Below, in pieces: positions 6,575 through 15,126 of a DNA stretch of 16,296 nucleotides. This DNA comes from Promethearchaeota archaeon. Lineage in GTDB: Archaea > Asgardarchaeota > Odinarchaeia > Odinarchaeales > JBHLKK01. Where the stretch lies: the NCBI GenBank assembly GCA_048939465.1, contig JBHLPL010000039.1, positions 1 to 16,296 of the forward strand, in the 5' to 3' direction. Made by a program: the position numbers and the translations under genes. Position 1 is the stretch's first letter. Every line of letters starts with the position of its first letter. Under the pieces are notes generated by a model. That model searched no databases, was not told where the DNA came from, and was given only the letters and a program-made list of their open reading frames with translations.

Positions 6575-7105
6575 ATGAAAAAACCAATCTTAGTTTGGGA
6601 AATAGTCGGAATGTTATTCATCATATTACTGGGATCATTTCTACATTTCGCATTTGAGCTATCGGGAGAATTCATACCGCTTGCTGCCATAGCTGCCGTT
6701 AATGAAAGCACTTTCGAGCACCTTAAATTAGGTTTCTGGCCGGCGCTGTTTTTCGCGTTGATCGAATATAATTTCATAAAAGATTCTGCCAACAACTTCT
6801 TGGTTGCGAAGTTTGTCTCAGCCAGCTTGATACCAGTCTCGATTATCGCTTTATTCTATCTTTACAGCACAATTCTTGGAACGGATCTTTTCATACTCGA
6901 CATACTGATATTCATAATATCGGTAATAGTCGGTCAAATAGGGAGCTATAAGGTACTGGAATCGGATAAACTCGATTCGAAATGGACCAAGATGTCAATT
7001 GCGGGTTTAGCAATACTATTGATAATCTTTCCTCTGTTTACGTTCTATCCTCCTCAAATGTTTATCTTTCAAGATCCTATTAGCGGAGGATACGGAATCA
7101 TCTAA
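6575..7105 (+). CDS. Multi-pass membrane protein (DUF6512-like)
   Basis: About 5 hydrophobic helices with GSFLHFAFELSG and AVNESTFEHLKL, recalled as the signature of this family. Confidence 0.75.
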   Translation: MKKPILVWEIVGMLFIILLGSFLHFAFELSGEFIPLAAIAAVNESTFEHLKLGFWPALFFALIEYNFIKDSANNFLVAKFVSASLIPVSIIALFYLYSTILGTDLFILDILIFIISVIVGQIGSYKVLESDKLDSKWTKMSIAGLAILLIIFPLFTFYPPQMFIFQDPISGGYGII

Positions 7106-7217
7106 GGAAAACCTATTGAGCAAAATGAAAAGTGACTTCTCTGCAGTAATTCTAGATTAAGAGTAGACAATGCAGTGGAAGTACTACATTCTTCGGAGAT
7201 CGTCAGGTGGTATATGA

Positions 7218-8546
7218 ATGAATGTCGAGACTGACTCGGTAAATGCCAGAGGCAGCAGGGTAGGAACACTATCTAATCTTGCAGTCTATCTGACAATCTT
7301 CATTGACATAACGGGCTTCGGGTTAATTATCCCCCTTACTCCCTTCTACGTGAAATCGTTTAATTACGGACCATTCGCCATCGGGATTCTGATAGGTTCT
7401 TTTGCTTTGATGCAGTTTATTTTCTCCCCTTTGCTGGGAAGAATATCGGACAGGGTAGGAAGAAGACCAGTTCTCCTCCTTAGCGTATTTGTCTCGTTCA
7501 TAAGCTTTCTCATTTTCTCGTTTGCTGTGTCATACGTAATGCTGCTTACTTCGAGAATAATCAGTGGGATGGCAACAGAATACTCTATGGCTCAAGCATA
7601 TATTGCCGATACGACCAGCCTGAAGGAAAGAGGAGCGAAATATGGCAGGCTTGGTTCCATGTTTGGGGCGGGTTTCATAGTCGGGCCTGCGATTGGAGGA
7701 TTCCTATACCAGTATGGAGATTCAACGATCGGGAACGGGTTCTTAGTCGCCGGCCTTGGTGCAACATTGCTAACTCTGGTTAACCTTCTGTTTGTTTTTG
7801 CTTTCTTACCAGAAACACTCAAAAGACCTAATCCGGACGGGAGGGACGTTTCCTTCTCTGAGAGAAATCGTTTGACTGGCATATTGAAAGATCCAAAGAG
7901 CCAAGTAAAGAGCTACTTGAGCGACTTCTTTGTCGCACTAAAGAAACCATTGATAGGGTCGGTCCTATTTATTTTCTTTATTGATAGTCTTGCATTTTCA
8001 GCTATTCCGGTTGTAGTGCCACTCCTAGGAGAGGCATTCTTCACAATAAGTCCAAGAGATCTGGGGATTGTCTTCACTTATCTCGGCGTTATCTCAATAG
8101 TCTGGCAAGGATTGGTAATTGGAAGACTTGTCAATAGGTTGGGGGATGGCGTACTGTTAATTATCGGCCCCTCTCTGATGATGCTGGGGTTATTCCTCAT
8201 GCCATTAATCCAGGATTTGGCGTTCTTTGTGGCCACAATAACCATGATATCAATTGGTAATGGGACGAACAACACCATTGTTCCTACCTTCATTTCAAGA
8301 AGATCCTCTCCCACGGAACAAGGTAAAATGCTGGGGATTGCCCAATCTTGGTCTGCCATTGGGCGGGTTCCTGGACCATTGATTGCAGGTGCTCTCTTCG
8401 GACTGTCAATAGTAACGCCGTTTCTCTTAGGTTCGGTTCTGTTGCTCTTCGCATCTGGCCTCGCTATATATGCCTGCAGAAGGGATAAGTGTATCAGCAA
8501 AGAGCAGCTACTGGCTTTTCCAACTGATTCCACCGATGTCAAATAA
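7218..8546 (+). CDS. MFS transporter, DHA1/TetA-like drug:H+ antiporter family
   Basis: About 12 TM segments, motif A LGRISDRVGRRPVLL, AYIAD.T...ERG, and motif C GFIVGPAIGG. Confidence 0.95.
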   Translation: MNVETDSVNARGSRVGTLSNLAVYLTIFIDITGFGLIIPLTPFYVKSFNYGPFAIGILIGSFALMQFIFSPLLGRISDRVGRRPVLLLSVFVSFISFLIFSFAVSYVMLLTSRIISGMATEYSMAQAYIADTTSLKERGAKYGRLGSMFGAGFIVGPAIGGFLYQYGDSTIGNGFLVAGLGATLLTLVNLLFVFAFLPETLKRPNPDGRDVSFSERNRLTGILKDPKSQVKSYLSDFFVALKKPLIGSVLFIFFIDSLAFSAIPVVVPLLGEAFFTISPRDLGIVFTYLGVISIVWQGLVIGRLVNRLGDGVLLIIGPSLMMLGLFLMPLIQDLAFFVATITMISIGNGTNNTIVPTFISRRSSPTEQGKMLGIAQSWSAIGRVPGPLIAGALFGLSIVTPFLLGSVLLLFASGLAIYACRRDKCISKEQLLAFPTDSTDVK

Positions 8547-8602
8547 GAAGTCAAGGATGGCTTTAATACATGTGACGCTTAGGTCATAACTGGAGCAGAC
8601 AT

Positions 8603-10312
8603 TCACGATTTCTCCAACGCTTTTAATGCCATTTTCTTTCTATGCTTCATGCTATCGAAATCATTGCTGTGTTCAAAGAAGAAATCAAACGGATCCTTAA
8701 CATCTTCTAATAACGGTTCTGAGTAAAAGAACTCGTACATTTTTTTGCCCTTATCCGTAATAGACAGAGTCTCTTTAGCTGACTTCTTGAAAAATCTATC
8801 GTCGATAAGTTTCTTGACTACTGAATCTATTCCTCTTTCTTCAAACAAGTATAGTCCAAAGTGGGAAAATTCAGAGTAAATCTCCTCACCCTTATTCATA
8901 GATTCTTCGAATCGATTATTCAGCAAATCAAGAGTAAATTCCACGTTTGGATTATCCGCGTACACGGAGAATACCCATTTCATAATATACTCTTCGAAGA
9001 ATCTCTCATAGGGCATTTGAAAGCTCTCAAATTCTAACTCCTCTCCTGAGCCCTTTACAAATTCAAGAAAAATCTCGATTACCTCGCCAAAAATGAGTAA
9101 GCAGACTCCTATTGCGATTATTGGATCTAGATAGTAAAGGAATGTGTATCCTTTGATTGCTCCGAAGTCTGAAAACAAAGCACCGATTATAATGCTAACT
9201 GATATCATAATGTTGACTTTCGAGTCGATTGCGCTAGCTACCAAAGAGGAGTTTCTGTTCTTTTTCCCGACGAAGTTTTTGACTGCGCGTAAATAGATGT
9301 TTAGAAGAACGGAAACCATTGCAACAGCTATGATAATCAACGAGTTTGAAATAGGCTCAGGTCCAAATAATAGAGACCGAACCGAGTAGAACAGAATCGA
9401 ACTTCCAGTAAATGACATCAAGCTAATCAGAGCAATGTTTACTGGTCTTTCCCGGTTGTATCTAATGCCTATACCGATCAAGACTATGGCTAATACATCA
9501 AGGAAATTCTCAAAACCATCTGCTAGTAACGAATCGGAACTGAAAGAACCAATAAAAATCTTAGAAAGGCTAATAATGAACAGAGCCATAAAGGAACGTA
9601 CTAATACGCCTCGACTGTCAAGAACCTTGCTAAAAGTATTAACCTGATGATTGAGGGTTTCTTGCCAGATGCTTTCCAGTTTTTGACCTGCCTCGTTTAG
9701 CGCAACTGTATCCTTGCTGATATCCGCTAGGCGGAGCCCGCAAAGATGATATATGCTTGAAGATGCTGCTTCATCATCGAAGTAAACATTTGGCACAAAG
9801 ATGTTAAACAACCCCCTTATCTTATTCTTCAGTTTTGAAAAGCCCAAGCGATTCTCAGGAGCGTTTTTCAGATATTTCATTGCTGCGAATTCGATTCTAT
9901 TGATTGGGTATATCGTAATTTCTCTTCTGTGAAATGCAACAGCGACTATTCTAATGAGCGAAGGCATCGACACTAGAATAAGAGCTACAATTCCCACAAA
10001 CGATATGAAATTGATTGTTGCATAGTCAGGATTAGCTACTTGTGTGGAAAAAAACAGATAGCAGTAAAAAGCTATAAGCGCGTACATAATCCAAGGATTG
10101 ATCAAATTTCTGATAATTCTCTTCACATGAAAATGCTTGAACAGACTATTGATTGCCTTTCTCATATAGGGTGCGGCAAGAACTGTGCTTATGTAGGTTA
10201 CCAAGAAACTCCAGGAATACAGCCCTGTTAGCGATATCTCAATTGAGGCTGAAGCTATGGAAACAACTACATAGGCGAGAAGGATTCTCTTATAGCTGAA
10301 TATTTCGTCCAT
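8603..10312 (-). CDS. Cation diffusion facilitator (CDF)-like membrane protein with an N-terminal TM bundle and two putative winged-helix domains
   Basis: CDF core at about aa 235-420: SDSLLADGFENFLD (TM2), KNRNSSLVASAIDSKVN (TM5), YLDPIIAIGV (TM6). Soluble segments end in LNEAG (aa 205-209) and ITDKG (aa 518-522), typical wHTH wings. Confidence 0.75.
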   Translation of the reverse strand: MDEIFSYKRILLAYVVVSIASASIEISLTGLYSWSFLVTYISTVLAAPYMRKAINSLFKHFHVKRIIRNLINPWIMYALIAFYCYLFFSTQVANPDYATINFISFVGIVALILVSMPSLIRIVAVAFHRREITIYPINRIEFAAMKYLKNAPENRLGFSKLKNKIRGLFNIFVPNVYFDDEAASSSIYHLCGLRLADISKDTVALNEAGQKLESIWQETLNHQVNTFSKVLDSRGVLVRSFMALFIISLSKIFIGSFSSDSLLADGFENFLDVLAIVLIGIGIRYNRERPVNIALISLMSFTGSSILFYSVRSLLFGPEPISNSLIIIAVAMVSVLLNIYLRAVKNFVGKKNRNSSLVASAIDSKVNIMISVSIIIGALFSDFGAIKGYTFLYYLDPIIAIGVCLLIFGEVIEIFLEFVKGSGEELEFESFQMPYERFFEEYIMKWVFSVYADNPNVEFTLDLLNNRFEESMNKGEEIYSEFSHFGLYLFEERGIDSVVKKLIDDRFFKKSAKETLSITDKGKKMYEFFYSEPLLEDVKDPFDFFFEHSNDFDSMKHRKKMALKALEKS

Positions 10313-10494
10313 AATCGCCCCCCTAATTTCCTTGCCGGCCTCACCATTCTCGAGGATTATTCACAAACTGGAATCCTTCTGAACGATATTAAAGAAGTGT
10401 TCGCCAACCTTTTGCTCTTCAGTACATATTAATATATGGCTGATTAATGCCCTTTCGATTCTTATGGACACTCACGATTATTATGTCGTGAGGA

Positions 10495-11283
10495 TCAGTA
10501 TCGAGGAAACCCGAACTTCCTCAAAACTCCGTGCAGGGTTATGTCGCCTCTAGGCATTTTTAGAAGTATACCTGCAACAGGATCGGCGTTCTCAAACTCT
10601 TTCCAGTTATTCTTCAGATATGTCGCCGCTGCTAATGTCCCCTCGGCATGAGGGCCGGATACCAGAAAGAAATACCCCCCCTTGGATCGATAGTTAGGAA
10701 CTCTTAGAATCATACTATACTCCCAGTCCCCAGAACTATCGTAGAGGATGTTTTCTATTTTATCACGAATAGCTGTTCTGGCAGGGTGTTTCTCCGTTTC
10801 TTCCTGTTCAACATACTCAAGGTAGGGCTGCCGCACTAGCTCAAGGATCCCCCTTGCCCGTAAATTGGCTAGCGGAGATCCGATCATGATGAGACTCTTG
10901 TCAACAATATCCAAGTCTCTGTCGTTATCTAGACTGTAATTGACGGGTTTCGAATAGACCTCGGCTATGATAGATGCGATTTGAGCACCTGCCTTAAGAT
11001 CATCCCAAGATATCGTTTCATCGGGGCCATAATACTCTTCATATTTACCGTCCAGTCGCAACTTCTGAAAACGTGTATTATTCCGTGAGGAATCTTTTAC
11101 TCTCCATAACGGAAGAGAAATAACTATGTTATCTTGCCTCTCCGCAACACTCCCAAAGACCTTACAAAATGTCCTGAATCTTTTTAAGTCCCTAATCTTG
11201 GAAATTCCCCAACCCAACGCAAAAGTAACTCCTGGAAATACGGCAATTTCTACTAATCCTAGTATGATATCAGTAACTTCCAT
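10495..11283 (-). CDS. Membrane-anchored hypothetical protein
   Basis: N-terminal TM (IILGLVEIAVFPGVTFALGWGI), then LIMIGSPLAN and LVSGPHAEGTLAAATYL motifs. GAGGTGA SD at 11291-11297. Confidence 0.75.
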   Translation of the reverse strand: MEVTDIILGLVEIAVFPGVTFALGWGISKIRDLKRFRTFCKVFGSVAERQDNIVISLPLWRVKDSSRNNTRFQKLRLDGKYEEYYGPDETISWDDLKAGAQIASIIAEVYSKPVNYSLDNDRDLDIVDKSLIMIGSPLANLRARGILELVRQPYLEYVEQEETEKHPARTAIRDKIENILYDSSGDWEYSMILRVPNYRSKGGYFFLVSGPHAEGTLAAATYLKNNWKEFENADPVAGILLKMPRGDITLHGVLRKFGFPRY

Positions 11284-11362
11284 GTCGTTTTCACCTCTCA
11301 GCTACCCAAGGGGGGTCTCAAGCCTTATTGATTGTATTCAGCGCAAGAATTCAGAGTTGTTG

Positions 11363-12265
11363 TCATTTCTTTCGGAGAAATATCATCGCGTCCCCGATAG
11401 GGAAAACTGTCTCCTCTCTGTCTCTGTGAATAGAATACAGTATTGTTCTATCGACAGCAAAATAGTTATCTATAATACTCGCAATTGTTGGCGGAATTCT
11501 TTCCAAAGGACAAGGTAGAGATAGACCGTGAGGATCTGGGAAGTCAGGGAGTAGAAAGGATCTTACAGGGAGCATCCCCATAACGGGTTTATCTGCATGT
11601 CTGTTAAACTCGTCGAGAGATATCGCTGTGCGGAAGTCTGAATCCCCCGGGCGTCGGTTCATGTTTACAAGATGGATGAAGTCACCGTGTCCATCCCAAC
11701 TGCCTGCTGTTGGATCATTCCTGAACCCCTCTCCGATCACAGGAACCGCAATGGCGCAGTATCCGTTTGGATAAGAAATACTGTCAAATCCACGAAGAAT
11801 GAGCTTTGCTTGTTCTTCGGAGACGTGTCCCAGAACTTGTATACATAATATCAAGTCTGCGAGCAACTGTTTGGGAGCATTCAAAAGAATGTCAATTCCC
11901 CCACAGACAACTCGGCTTTTGATTCGCATTAGTTTCTGAGCAGCTGCTTGAGCTAATCTAATACGTGAGCAATCAGGATCAATTCCGATCAACAAGCAAT
12001 TTTTTTTCCCCTGCTGATCAAATAACTGAAAATAGGCACCAGTACCACAACCGAAATCAATGGCTATTTGCCAGTTCCGATTTAATAGCTGGGAAACAAT
12101 GGATATTTCTCGAGTTAGTTTGTCGGGATCCTGTTTTCGCAGCTTTGTGGTAGTGCTCTCGTCTGTAACAGGGTAAATATATTCATGAGGTGTTTCTTCA
12201 TCGCTGGACGCAGCTATGTCGAGATACTTCTTCCACCCTTCTTTCAAGTTGATTGGCATCCCCAA
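11363..12265 (-). CDS. Class I SAM-dependent methyltransferase
   Basis: Motif I IAIDFGCGTG, acidic strand 2 LIGIDPD, motif IV ADLILCIQVLGHV. The start may be ATG 12259. Confidence 0.88.
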   Translation of the reverse strand: MGMPINLKEGWKKYLDIAASSDEETPHEYIYPVTDESTTTKLRKQDPDKLTREISIVSQLLNRNWQIAIDFGCGTGAYFQLFDQQGKKNCLLIGIDPDCSRIRLAQAAAQKLMRIKSRVVCGGIDILLNAPKQLLADLILCIQVLGHVSEEQAKLILRGFDSISYPNGYCAIAVPVIGEGFRNDPTAGSWDGHGDFIHLVNMNRRPGDSDFRTAISLDEFNRHADKPVMGMLPVRSFLLPDFPDPHGLSLPCPLERIPPTIASIIDNYFAVDRTILYSIHRDREETVFPIGDAMIFLRKK

Positions 12266-12300
12266 TAGCGTTGAATATAATTGGAGACAGTGAATGATTC

Positions 12301-12786
12301 TTATTCTTCTTCCTCGGCAGTTATTGCAGCTCCTATCATAGATGGAACCAGCACTGCTAGAAAGGCAACTACTATCGCGATGGCTTGGTCGGTAACTGTT
12401 GGGCCAAGAAGAGTCAGTATGGCGGTAAATGATAGAATCGGATCAGATGTGCTTATGAAATTCAATATCCATGGGAATATGAACAGGAATATCATGTAGC
12501 CTATCGTGATTCCCAAGGCACCTGAATATTTCCTTGAGACTAGCCCTCCGATTAAGCCTCCCGCTGCCAGAGCAATTATTGTAGCGTAAGTTCCGCCCAA
12601 TAACAGGGGAAAAGCTCCAAGCTGAGCAATGGAGATAGAGCTAACCAAAGTCAAGATGGCGTTTGCTCCCAGCCCAATTATCGCCTGTAGATCTGCAACG
12701 GTACCGCCCAGTCCCACGAAGTAGGTAATTGCCCAGGCCGCTACCAGACAGAAGAAGAACCCTAAAGCATTCCTTGCAGCCGACAT
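12301..12786 (-). CDS. Gly-rich multi-pass membrane protein of unknown function
   Basis: 161 aa, about 4-5 hydrophobic helices, GGLIGGLVSR motif and an acidic EEEE C-terminus. Confidence 0.8.
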   Translation of the reverse strand: MSAARNALGFFFCLVAAWAITYFVGLGGTVADLQAIIGLGANAILTLVSSISIAQLGAFPLLLGGTYATIIALAAGGLIGGLVSRKYSGALGITIGYMIFLFIFPWILNFISTSDPILSFTAILTLLGPTVTDQAIAIVVAFLAVLVPSMIGAAITAEEEE

Positions 12787-13034
12787 ATCAATCTCTCCAT
12801 AATCCTTTTTTTAAAGAAATAGTAAAACAAGTTATTTAAGACTTTGGTGTTTTGGTTCATCCATTGTTTTTCTACGACGCTACTAGAATCACGCCAACAG
12901 CCAATAGAATCAGAAGTATTGACGCCTCAGCAGTCGCTCTGGGATGTGCCAGAGTTGTCCCTGGTTCACTGAATGACTGCCCTCTCATCTTCCTTTTTTG
13001 CATTCTAGCGATAGATTTATATATATGTATCTAT

Positions 13035-13063
13035 CTATATACGTTGTCTGTCGAGGTATATAG
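13035..13063. promoter_or_regulatory. 8-bp inverted repeat, candidate PadR operator
   Basis: CTATATAC-N13-GTATATAG, lying between TTTATATA (13016-13023) and TTTATATC (13070-13077) upstream of the PadR gene. Confidence 0.5.
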
Positions 13064-13130
13064 GTAAGCTTTATATCATACCTTTCGATGATAAGAACGC
13101 AAAGAAACAAACACATGGCGGATATCCAGA

Positions 13131-13619
13131 ATGTCTGAAAAGAAAACCACAGAGGCTTGGGAAAGCGATGTAAGAAGAGGACTGTTGGAATTGGTGGTTC
13201 TATCGATAATAAAAGAAGGAAACGCCACGTTCGGATACGCTATATCCCAAGCTATTCGGGAACGTACTGCTGACAAACTCATACTCAGAGATGGAACACT
13301 CTATCCTCTACTACGCCGATTAGTGGAGCAGAAATTGGTCAGTGACCGGTGGGATGTCAGTGGAGATCGTCCCAGGAAGTATTATAGCATCACTCGCGCT
13401 GGCGAAGAACGGTTAAAGGCGATGCTGATCTTCTGGAATGATCTGGTGGACGCTCTGAATCCTCTGTTCCAAGAGATAATTGTCGATCTGATGAACAACT
13501 ATGACGAGAAGAAGGGTCAATTTTGCTCTCGCTGTGGGTTCCGTATATCCCCCGGAGCTTCATTCTGCGCATCTTGTGGTGTCAGGATAAGAGAAGTGGA
13601 GACGGATGAAGATGAGTAA
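13131..13619 (+). CDS. PadR family transcriptional regulator with a C-terminal zinc ribbon
   Basis: RRGLLELVVLSII, FGYAI, GTLYPLLRRL, RPRKYYSITRAG are PadR motifs. C-terminal CSRCG-x9-FCASCG. Confidence 0.93.
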   Translation: MSEKKTTEAWESDVRRGLLELVVLSIIKEGNATFGYAISQAIRERTADKLILRDGTLYPLLRRLVEQKLVSDRWDVSGDRPRKYYSITRAGEERLKAMLIFWNDLVDALNPLFQEIIVDLMNNYDEKKGQFCSRCGFRISPGASFCASCGVRIREVETDEDE

Positions 13620-14805
13620 ATTTAATGATAGGCACACGAGTGAGGAAAAAGAAGCAAAATTACCGGCTGCTAGAGAAGAAACCTCTGCTAAGCAAATCAT
13701 AGAAGATTATCTGAAACAGGTAAGAAGGAGGTTGTCTCCATCGGTGGCGGAAGACATCATACCTGAGCTCCGATCCCACCTACTGGAACAGGCTAGTCAG
13801 CCGACAGGCGAATTAACCTCTGCTTCGGCCTGGGATGCTGTAGTGAAAATGGGCAGTCCCGATCTGTTAGCCCATGAGTTCCAAACTGAGAGTGAAAAGG
13901 GTATAACACGGAAGGCCTCTTTGGGTTTTATGGCGTCTCTGACTACTGAAAACAGAACTCTGTTTTGGCGAATTATACCACTGATTGTATTCGCCGATCT
14001 CGTAGCCATAGCACTTCTAACCACATTCACTTTGACTGGATCAATAGCTGTTCTGGATTATATTGGAGCTATGGTTGGAGTTCAGATTTGGATCCTGATG
14101 GGGATAGGAATCACCTATTTTGTGTTACTGTACTTCTCGTATCCCAGTGGAACTAGTCTGGAAGCAATAATACACGATATGATTGACAACTTCCGCAACT
14201 TCTTCGAGAGAAAAGAACCCAAGGAACCACGAATTGCCAGGACACAACGCAAGGTAACTCGACGAGTACAGAAGTTTGAGAAACTCACCAGTCCGACCCG
14301 TCTAGGAGGTCTTGCAGTCTTGAATGGTGTCGGAGGAGTAGCTCTATTAATCGTAGCCTTTGCACTTGTATCACTCGTACCGACATATCCTACACCAGAT
14401 CTGGAATTCCTCCAGTTTGTGGCCATAATACTGTTTAGTCGCGCCGCACTCACTGGTATACGAGCAGCAATAGGAAGTGAATCTCTGGGATTAGCCCGTG
14501 TACTGACAAGCATTGATGCCCTTTACGCTATTGTCGGAATATATTTCCTAGTGCAGTTGTTCTATGGTCCGCTCTCATTTCCAGTCATATATGGGTCTTT
14601 CGCGGACGGAGATTTCACTCTGTTTCACTGGAAACCCTACGTACTGCCTTTTGCATGGATAGTACCCATTGTGATGGCGGTAATCTTAGCAGTAATGGTT
14701 TACGAAATTGTAGAGGCGAACACTTACTTGCAGAGACCCCCCGTTCCTGAGCAACAGAGAATTAGTCAAGAACAGCCGACTGCCACACCGTCGGAGATCT
14801 CCTAG
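13606..14805 (+). CDS. Membrane protein with an N-terminal HAAS-like (DUF1700/permease-prefix) helical domain
   Basis: IIEDYLKQVRRRL...DIIPELRSHLLE...MGSPDLLAHEF followed by about 6-7 TM helices. Overlaps the PadR stop codon, the usual PadR-HAAS arrangement. Confidence 0.8.
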   Translation: MKMSKFNDRHTSEEKEAKLPAAREETSAKQIIEDYLKQVRRRLSPSVAEDIIPELRSHLLEQASQPTGELTSASAWDAVVKMGSPDLLAHEFQTESEKGITRKASLGFMASLTTENRTLFWRIIPLIVFADLVAIALLTTFTLTGSIAVLDYIGAMVGVQIWILMGIGITYFVLLYFSYPSGTSLEAIIHDMIDNFRNFFERKEPKEPRIARTQRKVTRRVQKFEKLTSPTRLGGLAVLNGVGGVALLIVAFALVSLVPTYPTPDLEFLQFVAIILFSRAALTGIRAAIGSESLGLARVLTSIDALYAIVGIYFLVQLFYGPLSFPVIYGSFADGDFTLFHWKPYVLPFAWIVPIVMAVILAVMVYEIVEANTYLQRPPVPEQQRISQEQPTATPSEIS

Positions 14806-14841
14806 ATGGTAGTTCAGGCAATATCGCCTACGAACTACCAT
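14806..14841 (+). terminator. Stem-loop just after the HAAS-gene stop; possible terminator or processing site
   Basis: ATGGTAGTTC-AGGC-aatatc-GCCT-ac-GAACTACCAT (10+4 bp), followed by TCTTT. Confidence 0.5.
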
Positions 14842-14877
14842 TCTTTAACCAAATGATGGCGCTTCGAGGTGAATCAT

Positions 14878-15063
14878 ATGCAAAGAATGTCGGAAAAGAT
14901 CCGAGATTGCGATTGTGAATGGGAGAGAGTATACCCTGGTGTGTGGGTCTTGGTCTCCGAGTGCCGTAAATGCCGGGCACAGAGAAGAATCCAAATGCAA
15001 TTCAATGTCAAAGAGATGGAAGAAGAAAAGATGAGAAGTATAAGAAGAGGCCAAGAGCGATAA
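14878..15063 (+). CDS. Small putative zinc-binding protein (CxC...CxxC), 61 aa
   Basis: GAGGTGA SD (14866-14872) 5 nt before ATG 14878. DCDCEW...ECRKCR. Co-oriented between the HAAS and ABC genes. Confidence 0.65.
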   Translation: MQRMSEKIRDCDCEWERVYPGVWVLVSECRKCRAQRRIQMQFNVKEMEEEKMRSIRRGQER

Positions 15064-15126
15064 GAATTGGAGAAATGAAGAGGTGTATCGAGAATACAGG
15101 CTGAGAAAACAAAGCTGGTGAATTAA

